DNA from: Octopus vulgaris
Taxonomy: Eukaryota
Length of the DNA stretch: 64,000 nt
Direction: 5' to 3'
Assembly: GCA_951406725.2 (NCBI GenBank)
Contig: OX597815.1
Coordinates: 124,620,001-124,684,000 of the forward strand
Under the pieces are notes generated by a model. It saw only the letters and a list, made by a program, of their open reading frames with translations. It searched no databases and was not told the DNA's origin. A program made the translations under genes and the position numbers. Numbering within the stretch: the stretch's first letter is position 1; each line of letters starts with the position of its first letter. Positions 38,373 to 48,484 of the stretch are shown in pieces.

Positions 38373-40216
38373 TGTTTCTTTATTAGCCACACAGGGCTGC
38401 ACACAGATAGAACAAATTACAAGGTAGAGCTTTTCTTTTGAAGGTTAAAAAAAAAAAAGGAAGGGGGAGTTTCGATCAAAAGGGATCGTTAAAGGAGAGA
38501 AAGAGGACAAAAAAAAGGGGGTTAAAAAAAAAGGGGAGAGGAAAAAAAAATGATCAATAGGGATCGTTATCACAGAAATGTCAATATGAAGTGTAAAGGG
38601 GAGGACAGGTGAGGTTTTCCCGTGGAAAGAAAAGCCTACGGAAAAGACCACGGTAACCTCGGTCAATGGAGTCACATGTTATATTTCTTTTTTTTTTTTT
38701 TTTTGCGAATAAGCAACTCTCTGTTTTCAATTTCTGGGTTCATAGGATCATGCTCAAGGTGGCTTCGTCATTCATACGTGCCATTCTTGCTACATTCACC
38801 CATCTTTTTTAAAACATTCGCTAGACAAAACTTGCCTCTCTACTCTCACTTTCCTTTTCAAGTGGTACTTGAAGAAGTTGATGAGAGATTGACCAGAGAG
38901 GAAAGTGTTTGTCTCCAATCCTTTCAGACGCGTCCACCAGATACATTCTTTCGCCATAGCCATAAGGATGGAGGGAGGCGTGACAATATTGACGATAGAC
39001 TCAGCTGATAAACCGACTCGTCCCACACGTGACAGCAGTTGTTCGACATAAGCCCACAGGTCGGACATTGTTGGACACTGCACGAGTGCGTGCAGAACGG
39101 TTTCGTCGCTCTGACCGCATCTCGGGCATGTCGGCCCCGTGTTTCTCGAGCCGTGTCTGTAGAGCTTATCCCGAACGGGTAGCGCTTCTCGGTAGCACTG
39201 CCAGGCCAGGGATCTCTGGAAGTTGTCCATGGGCCCTGGCCCGAAAGTCGTCCTGAACAGGCGGGTCAGGTACTCCTCGTCGACGTCCAGGTTCGCCCCG
39301 AGCTCGTCGTCGTACCTCCCCTCCACTAAACCCCTATAGAATGCTTTGGTTGTGTTGAAGTCACTCAAGGTCGACCCAGGACGGCAGAGTTGCTTGAGAG
39401 CAACGCGACACTCGCGGTGCCATTCGCCCTTCTTCGGCCTCTTTTTGATCCACGACTGCAGTTCGGTCATGGAGACGAGCTGCGGGAACGCGTGCCTCAC
39501 AAACGGCGACCACACCTGTTCACCGTCGTCTACATAGAGCCAGAGATGTCGCAGTCTCAGCGCGTGTCTGCGCATCATCAACCACGGCATGCCCAGCCCT
39601 CCTTTTAACGGGTGTTGACAGCAAATGGATCGCCTGACCATCGGGACGCATCCTTTCCACAAGAAGCGAAAGAGAATGCGTTGTAGTTTGGTGATGGTAG
39701 GGTCGGGACAAGGTACGACGGTCAGGCGGTAGTAGATGACGGACGCGATGTACGTGTTCGCCACCTCCGCCCGACCTTTTAGGGACAGTTTCCTCTCGGC
39801 CCATTGCCGGGCGAGAGTGACCACCCTACTCGTTATCTCGTTCCAGTTCTTCTCCACTTGGAGGTCCGGACCAAACCAGACCCCGAGCAACTCAACCGGG
39901 CCGTCGGTCCAGCGTCCCACGACGGAGGCGCTGGTGGACGGCATGGGCTTGCTTCTCCAGGTGCCTAGTCGCAAGCCCACTGACTTTTCCCGGTTGATTT
40001 TCGCTCCTGTCACCGCTTCGTAGTTTTTCAGTGTCTCGCCGACCTGCTCGATGTGCTCGTGGCTAGACACTATGACGGTGACGTCGTCCGCGTATGCAGA
40101 CACGCTCGTCCCGCATCCCAGTTCTCGCGGGATGCCTCTCTAAGGTTGCCAGCTTCCGCAATAATGGCTCGAGAGTCAATACGTATAGAAGCGACGAGAG
40201 GGGGCATCCCTGACGG
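38373..40216 (-). mobile_element. young 5'-truncated Tx1/L1-clade LINE inserted in (GATA)n
   Basis: SVRQGCPLSSLLY, AYADD, YEAVTGAKINREKS, W..RKLSLKGRAEVAN, GGLGMP and zf-RVT CPRC...ETVLHALVQC. T-rich 3' UTR with AATAAA. GC/CpG-rich relative to the host. Confidence 0.95.
38796..40216 (-). pseudogene. Tx1 ORF2 (RT C-terminal half plus zf-RVT); 435 aa open, with a frameshift near 40110-40140
   Basis: ORF track 38796..40103 plus the QGCPLS segment in a neighbouring frame. Confidence 0.9.
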
Positions 40217-40322
40217 ACCGAACGTGCGATGTCGAAGATAGATAGGTAAGTAGGTAGGTAGGTAGGTAGGTAGGTAGGTAGGTAGTTAGGTAAGTAGATT
40301 GATAGATAGATAGATAGGTAGG

Positions 40323-40398
<76 letters not shown>

Positions 40399-40420
40399 CA
40401 GACAGATAGATAGATAGATG
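40217..40420. repeat. compound (GATA)n/(GGTA)n microsatellite, right part
   Basis: Directly visible. Confidence 0.95.
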
Positions 40421-40530
40421 AGACAGTATATAGGCAAAGAATGTTATTCAAAACTTAGCAGATTATGTATATGAATGTGTTTCTCCGGATATGATTCTGA
40501 TCTTTTCATGGAATACTTCTGAATATATAT

Positions 40531-41632
40531 CAGGCTGAGTAAAAAGTAAACAACGTTTTGAAACATGAAATTCATCACAATATATTTCAAGAATGCCGAA
40601 ATTTTAATCATCAAAGTAAGTACCATTACAATCAACACATATTTGCCAATGAGTTACACGTTTGTTTTTTTTCCGGTAACATAAAAATCTGGAGTTTTAG
40701 AGCTGATAAACTCTTTGAACTCACTTTCAGCATCGGTTTGATTTTTAAACTCCTTCTCTCGCAGGAAACCATCAAGGTGCTTGGAAAATTGATAGTCGGT
40801 CGGAGAAAGGTCTGAGGAATAAGCTGGGTGGGAAAGAACTTCGTAGCCATGTTCCATCAACTTCAAGAGTGTCATTAGTGAAACGTGTGGTCGAGCATTG
40901 TCATGGAGAATGATTGACCCTCTTCTGTTGACCAGTCTGGGACTGGTTTTTTATTATTGTGTAGAATCCACTTTTCATCGCAAGTTACAATACAGTCGGG
41001 AAATGGATCGATCTAGTTACAGAGAAGAATCAACGAGCAAATTTCATATCTGTGCATTTTATGATTTTCATTCAAATTGAGTGGTACCCTTTGTCGAGCT
41101 TTTTTGATTTTCCGATCGCATGCAAATGTTTTCAGGCAGTTTTCTGGCTAATTTGAAGTTATTTTGCCATCTTTCGAGTGGCTTTACGTGGATCTTTCTC
41201 AATGACGGTCTTTAATTGACCACTTTAACTGATCCTCATCAATGAGAGATGGGCATCCATTATGCTCACGATTTTCAAGTCTCAGGTCGCCACTGCGAAA
41301 TCGTTTAAACCATTTTCGAGCTGACCACTCTCTGGTCATTTCCTCACCAAACGTTTCGTTGATATCGCGAGCAGTTTCAGTTGTTTTACGTTCTTTTTCG
41401 AAGTTGAATGGCAAAATTGTTCGAATATCGCGCTTTGACAGTTCTATTGTAACAACTGTGAAAAAAATATCAGTGTTAATTTATTGATGCATTTGGAGTA
41501 GTCTATGTCTGTATTATCGGACAATTGCAAAAAAGAAAAGAAAACAAATGTCTAAAAGAAATTCAAAACTCTGCAAAAGTCCGGTACAAATTCTTCATGG
41601 TTTAAAACGTTGCTTACTTTTTACTCAATCTG
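40531..41632 (-). mobile_element. mariner (cecropia/Hsmar1-like), internally deleted and decayed
   Basis: TIRs caggctgagtaaaaagtaaacaacgtttt / aaaacgttgcttactttttactcaatctg-TA. Protein motifs ETARDINETFG, WFKRFRSGD, HDNARPH and HPAYSSDLSPTDYQFSKHLDGFL. Confidence 0.92.
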
Positions 41633-42639
41633 TAGATCTTTTTAACTGAAGAATTTGTATGAAAGGAGATATATTTATATTCCAATTTCTATATACCAAT
41701 AGATGTTGTTGAGGATTTGAACAAATTAAATACTTTTAAGGCTGGAAAAAAAAATGACTAGATATTTTAAGTTGTATAATTATTCCTCTCTCTCCCTCTA
41801 TCCATCTATCTATTTATTTGTCTATTTATCTAGTTCTCTTTTCAATAGGATTTGTTTCTGATGCATATATTTTTTCTGTTGCGTTACATGATAGCAACTT
41901 GTATGTCTGTGTGCATATCGTATGCCTATATATATCTGGGGGTTTGAGCGTATGTGTGGGGGCGTATGCTATACATATATATAAATATATAAAGGCAAGA
42001 GTTTGTTAAATTGATAGAAATTTGCCGTGGGAAATATATTCTCAGGACTTGAATTTTAGACAGAAATTTTAGAATGTTGAAGAATTTTACAAGAGATAGA
42101 TCTTAACATAATATTAAACCATTTCTACTTGAAGAGCCCGGTGGGTATATAATTCGGTATTGCTTGACATATATGTTAGTGAAACCTTTGAAATTGAGAG
42201 AGCTTCAGGCTTCATGTAATAAAAATATCAAGGAATATATGCGAAAACTGGTGTTTGAACGAGTGAAGTAAATGAAATATCTATTTCTGGCAACTGTTAA
42301 AAATAAGATTGCATAGAAATTGAAAGCGAAGTAAACCAAAAAAGGTGGGGGCTAATATGCACGCTCATAAAATGCTTATTGGTAAAGCATCTGAACGTAA
42401 TGAAAACAGAATGTATCAATATCGCAGAATATGGTTTATTTAGTTTTATCATTGTTAAGATTTATGTCCTAAATTCAAAATCTGGTGAGTTCGACTTTGC
42501 CTTTATTTCGGATTTAATAGCACCAGTGATCAATTAAATCGTAAAATATTTTGTGGCCTTGTGACAATGTTACAAATTATTTCCACACTAAGTGTTTATG
42601 CCGGAAACACTAACTCTAACAACAGCAGAAGCATGAATA

Positions 42640-44281
42640 TTAGAGCAATAATATTGAAGAGTTTGTGCCTTTTGCAAGAGTAACGAAATTAATCAAACAT
42701 AACTACCTAGAAGAAAAGTTAACTTATTTGGGATGCTTCAAAACGTGCTGCGGATATACGACCGTATATGATCATGTCTTCAGAGCACTTGGAGAAAACT
42801 ACCCGAGGGATGGTTCTACCCCAGTGCAGTATGATTAAGATTCAGCCCGTGGAAAGGGATGTCAAGGCTGAGTATTTTAAAAGGGTACAGGGATATGGAT
42901 TGACCTTGACCATGACATATGTGCAAGATGTTATGGGAGGGTGGATTCGGAAGTCCTCTCAGAAGTTCACTTTCAGGAGCATTCCACTGACCCGTGTGAG
43001 AAAGAAAAAGCTGCGAACATGAATGTGTTGGATGTGTTGACAGAATTGATCATGCGGTAGCCTACGGCATGCGTTGTTCTAGAGGAATAAGACATAACAC
43101 AACATGTAACGGAAAGGCGGTAGGAAAACTGGTACCGAAATCTCGATACAAGTACAATCCAAAAATCTTGACGAAGTAAGAATCAAAAGATTTCCCAAAG
43201 AGCACGCAATTGTAAGTCTTGGTGGAAAGCAGAAAACCCAGATGACACCACTTACCTGCTCGAGATTCTTCTGCCTAAAACAGGGGCGACAAGACGAAGC
43301 AGTTTCTATGTGTGTAATCCCACAAATAACAGTACAACTCTAAAACAGACATCAACAACGGCAGTTTGAATCAAAGGCAAAAGCATCAGAAACCAGAACA
43401 TCAACAGCAACAGAAGAATTAATAATTGTAGCAACAACGACAGAACTGCAGAAACCATAAAATAATTTAATGACAGTTCTAGCACATAATCACAAATTCA
43501 GATAACAGCAACTGACTTACAGTTGGCGATAAATGGCTGGACGAAGGATGACTCACTCATCTTCGATGATCGGCCCCCACCATCTTTATGTATGTATGCC
43601 ACAATTGTTCACCGACATCTTGGCAGACACCTAGCCTACCTAGGATCAGAATGGAAAATCTCCAGCTTTGCGGGCTGGGGAGCAGTAGCAGTAATAATAA
43701 TAAAGGGCACGTACAAGGGAGATCTCATCGATAATTTCTGACTCATGACTCTCCTGAATGCTGAAATCTATAAATGGTTACTGGTGCGTAAAAGTGATGA
43801 TGCCCTTTGAGAAAGCCCTCACATCAACTGGCTGGTCTTTTTCTGCAGGCCATTTAGCTTTGGAAGTATGATTAACCAAGATAAACATTACTATCAGGTA
43901 GGGTGAATTGTTGGTTCGAGATAAATTTGAGATAAATTCTACAGACACAATAGTTCTGTCAATCGGGTCCATCCAAAGATGGATGAGAGCGTCAAAAATA
44001 GCTCGAATTACTTGGCCTACTATCAGCCTGAATCTGTACTCGTGTTAGTTATTGTAATCCTTGGCATAAGTTTTTCTTTTTATGTGTATTGATCCTTCTT
44101 ATGTGACATTACCATATCTTATATACTGAGAATGTTCTCGTTTTACATTTCATTTCATTTGGTTATGATATAAATCTCTCTCTCTCTCCCTCTCTCTCTC
44201 TCCACACACACACACACATTATTTTTGTAATCTGTCCGTGTAATGCTCTCTCTTCGGCCATGTTTGTGGCAATAAGAAAAA
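42640..44281 (+). mobile_element. old, fragmented Tx1/L1-clade LINE
   Basis: KGDLIDNF*LMTLLNAEIYK resembles NFRPITLLN. RWMRASKIAR resembles the ORF2 C-terminus. The 3' end tttgtaatctgtcc...tgtggcaataagaaaa resembles the tail of 38373-40216. The 5' boundary is uncertain. Confidence 0.55.
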
Positions 44282-44299
44282 GGTGTTTTCACTTGTTGT

Positions 44300-44621
44300 T
44301 GTTTTAATTCTCAGGGCGCGGGGTCTTGTTTACTTTGGTTGATTCTGTGAGAGCGGACAGCCGCCTGTTGTCAGAGGTCTCAAGGGGTCCTTTTTCGCAC
44401 GTTATAAACTTTGATAATTGGTTGTTAATTATCGTGGAAGATATTTAACATCCTAGTATCAATCTCGAAATCCTAGCTGTCCCCAGCAGGGCAACTGTTT
44501 TAGACTTGCTCTGCTCTTATATCAATTCCGATTTCTTTGACATATTTCTCGAACTTGATTGTTAGTGCTCCGAGTGCCCCTACAACTATTGGGATGACAA
44601 GGACTCTCTTCATAGTCCACA
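44300..44621 (-). mobile_element. R4/Dong 3' end fragment
   Basis: MWTMKRVLVIPIVVGALG...ALLGTARI; bounded by (AAT)n and (AAC)n. Confidence 0.85.
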
Positions 44622-44681
<60 letters not shown>

Positions 44682-44685
<4 letters not shown>

Positions 44686-45428
44686 TGCTTTCACTTCACT
44701 ACCGAGCGCAGCTCTGTGTGCATTGGGTATGTGCTGTGTGTTGTTGTGATGCTCTGATGGTTACTGTATTGTAAGTGTTTTGCGTAGGATGTGGGCAGTG
44801 CCCAGTAGTGCGATTTTCTGTATGTGATATGTGTTTGTAAGTCCTGGTGTTTTTGTTATGTATTTGTCTGAATATTTTTTTTACCATGCCTAATGCACCT
44901 ACTATGATAAGAATTGATTCTGTTTTTAGATTCCACATTCGAGTTACCTCTATTTCCAGGTCTCTGTATTTTGAGAGTTTCTCCATTTGTTTTAGAGACA
45001 CGTTGTTATCTGCTGGTTTGATACATCAATTAGAAAGCATTTTTTTCCTTCCCTATCTCTGACAACTATATCTGGTCTGTTGGCTTTAATTTCTCTGTGT
45101 GTATTGGCATATACCAGAGTATGGGTGCTTTCTCGTTTCTGTGACCTTTTCTGGTGTGTGCCTATACCATCTTTTTTCTGTTGTTATTCCATAATGTTGG
45201 CATAGCTTCCAGTGTATGTAGGTCCCAATTCTGTCGTGTCTGTGAATATATTCCTTCTTAGCCAGGACTGGGCAGCCAGAGATAATATAATTTATTGTTT
45301 CTTGTCCATCTCCACATATTCTGCAGTTACTTGTTACATTTCTTTTCATTATATATTTTTGGTAATTTCTTTGGTCTTGTGCTGCTAATAAAAATACCTC
45401 TGTCTCTGCTTTGAGTCCTGAGCTTCTC
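44682..45428 (-). mobile_element. R4/Dong 3' fragment (CCHC plus RLE domain)
   Basis: SSGLKAETEVFLLAAQDQ, CRICG...ISGC, RHDRIG, RPDIVV, KLSKYRDLEIEVTRMWNL, IIVGALG; (AAT)n tail. Confidence 0.92.
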
Positions 45429-45435
45429 TTATTAT

Positions 45436-45481
<46 letters not shown>

Positions 45482-45508
45482 GTTGTTGTTGTTGTTGTTG
45501 TTGTTATT

Positions 45509-45708
45509 AATGCGGCAAGTTGACAGATTCGTTATCACTCCGGACGAAGTGCTTAGCGATATTTGAGTTCAAATTCCGCTGAGATCAACTTCGCCACTCA
45601 TCTTTTCGGGGGTCTATAAATTAAGTACCAGTGAAACACTGGGGTCAATGTAAAGGACAAGTCCCCTCCCATAAAATTTCAGGCCTTGTGCCTATAGTAG
45701 AAAGGATC
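45509..45708 (+). mobile_element. tRNA-derived SINE
   Basis: gcggcaagttgacagattcgtta...gagttcaaattccgc...taaattaagtaccag...tagaaaggat. Confidence 0.85.
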
Positions 45709-46508
45709 TTATAATAATTCCCTTTGTCATTCCCTTACTTAGCCCGTCGGTAACGCATTCACGTGATTAGAGAAAAAGTGGGTGAAAGAAAAGGAGAGAG
45801 AAAAGGAGGGAGAGAGAAGCGTCCATGACGTGAGGTAGAGGAAATGTAATTGTAGCGCTTTCACGTGATTAGTTGAAGGGAAAGAGAGGAGAAAGAAAAA
45901 AAGGAGAGAGATAAAGAGGATAAGGCGAAGAGTGAAACAGAGAAAGGGAGAAGGAAAAGATGGAGAGAGAAAAAACGGAGAGAGAAAAAGACGGAGAGAC
46001 AAAAAGAGGGAGAAAGAAGCATCCATGGTGTGAGGTAGTGGGAACGTAATATTTATTACGTGGTTAGAAAGTTAGCTGAAGGTAGTGATGATATAGCGGA
46101 GGAGAATTAAAAATATAATTTTAGTAGAGGGATGGGAGAGAGCTGATGATGATAGTGGTGGTGGAGCTGGAGATTGAGGTGGTGGTAGTGGTGAAGGTAG
46201 CAGTGGTGATTGGATAGTGAAAAGTATATTTTTAAAATTGAACTAAGTTTTTTATATCACCTATCACTTAACGCATGCGCATAATTGTAATTCTGTGAAA
46301 TATTCACGCTTATATACGTTGCAGACATACGCAATTTAACTAAAGGTTGTATCATATGTAGGTGATATTTTTTTGTTTATGGGGGAACTGGAAAAATGAG
46401 AGTGAATATTTATTTTATGAGTGCTGTGTATCAAGTCTACAAAATTGTGCACAAAGTATATAAAGCGTATATGTAAAGTGCATCAAGTAATCATCGTATT
46501 CCAATTTC

Positions 46509-46581
46509 TTTCACCTTCCAATGAGTATCAGATGAGCTAAGATGCCTTCTTAACTCATCTGATGCTCGTTGGAAGGTGAAA
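46509..46581 (+). ncRNA. 73-nt hairpin with a 34-bp stem; candidate pre-miRNA or foldback remnant
   Basis: Arms 46509-46542 and 46548-46581, loop TGCCT, two G:U pairs and one A:C mismatch. Confidence 0.35.
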
Positions 46582-46694
46582 ATCTTTTCATACAGACAAC
46601 ACAAGCTACGCTTTCAGGTTTTTTGGATAAAGTTTTCAGTAATGACCCAATAGGTTTACCATTCATTCTGCAAAATATTCACGGTTCCCGCGAG

Positions 46695-46760
<66 letters not shown>

Positions 46761-46988
46761 ATCAATAGACACATTTATCCATTCTCAGGCAAAATCAAAA
46801 TCATTGTTGTCCTCTTTGTGACTTCATTGCAACATCCATACCAGGGCTCAAATTACATTTACGCATCCATCGATAATAGATGCAGCTTCTTTATTTTTAA
46901 CCTTTTCTTTTTTCTTTGAATCCTTTCATTCAAACATACGTCGAAATCGACGGGAGTGACCATCATTATTATTATTACTATTATCGTT

Positions 46989-47320
46989 AAGGTGCCGAGC
47001 TGGCAAAATCGTTAGCTCACCGGGCAAAATGCCTTTCGGGGTCGATAAATTAAGTACCAGTTAAGCACTGGGGTCGATATAATCGACTTAATACCTATGT
47101 CTGTCCATGTTTGTCTCCTCTATGTTTAGCCCCTTGTGGGTAATAAAGAAATAGGTATTTCGTCCGTTTTTATGATCTGCGTTCAAATTCGACTGAGGTT
47201 GACCTTACCATTCATCATTTCGAGTTGACCAGTTCACTATTCACCAGTTGAGTACTGATTTCGATACAATCAACTTAACTGCCATCTCAAAATTACTGGC
47301 CTCGTGTCAAAATTTGATAT
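46989..47320 (+). mobile_element. SINE with a 5'-truncated copy of the same family nested in its head
   Basis: Order is head (46989-47030), 3' half with tail (47031-47153), middle with B box (47154-47225), diverged 3' half. Confidence 0.8.
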
Positions 47321-48451
47321 AATTATTAATTTTATCGTTAGTACGTCGTAGAAAATGCTTCGCGACATTTCTTCTGAGTTCAAATTCTGCCGAGGTGTCA
47401 GAGTTTTGAATTCATTTTTATTATTATACTATTTTTTGTTTCTCCTATTTCAGCGTGAACGGATGTCTACGTTAAATGCTGATTGTAATCTAATGAAACA
47501 TTGCTAATTTATTTATTTTCTCTATAGTTAAAACAATAGACTACTTCCAGTGAAGATTTCTTTGAATTATGTCTGAAGTGTTTTAGTTAAAGATGGAGTA
47601 TTAAGAAACATCTGTGTTATTTCCTTTAGCCTTAATTGATGTCATAATTTCTGAGGTGGTGAAATGTACCAGCTAATTTTTGAGTACTCAAAAGCATTAT
47701 CTTAGCAGCCTTCTTCATTTCCGTGATATTCCTTTGGGAGTCGAAACAATAGCACTTCCTCAAGTAGTAATACACAAAACCTTTAAAAGATGTGTTAAAA
47801 CTGTGAGTAGGCAAAACCATCAAGCATGCTACAGAGTGCAGTTGCTTTTGTCTTTAAGTATATCTGTCAATATTTATATAAAACCTCCTCAGATTATTTT
47901 ATCGCGTTTTCTAATCTATAAACGGTGAATTTGGCTATTTACATCATAAATTTATAGAAATGACTAACGGTGGCAAATTATTTTGAGTTCATTTAATAGT
48001 ATGAGTCAGTGAAAGAGAATGTTTCTAAGGATAACACGAAGACACCCTAGAATACTAAGAACATACGATTAAGTTCTATAAACTGGTTATTTATCCATTA
48101 CTATGTATAGTATGACTAGTTACTGGAAAATATATGCCGCATAGGGATGGATGCATGAAATATTTATAATACTTGAAATATTAACTGTTAAAGAGGCTTC
48201 TGTATAAATACACAGAGCATACATTTCAACGTGATAATTACAAAATATTTCAACTAGACTTGGTAATAATGACATAAGTAGTTAATGAAATTCTGACAAA
48301 TTGTGTATGCTGTTAAGGAATCTAACATCATATAAACTAATGTTTATATCATTACATAAAATATTGTTTCTCGTGATAATTTAGCTAAAAGAAGCCAAAT
48401 ATGTATGTTAAAAGAAACATTTAATTGCAAACGTATGTATTTTTATATATG

Positions 48452-48484
<33 letters not shown>

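Noticed and set aside
43240-43270. Second CAG|GTAAGT on the minus strand
   Set aside because: No polypyrimidine tract or branch point, and it lies inside a decayed LINE.
45738-46330. Purine-rich block with two or three diverged internal repeats (cacgtgattag...ccatg..gtgaggtag)
   Set aside because: Probably a non-autonomous Helitron-like or low-complexity repeat; I could not define termini.
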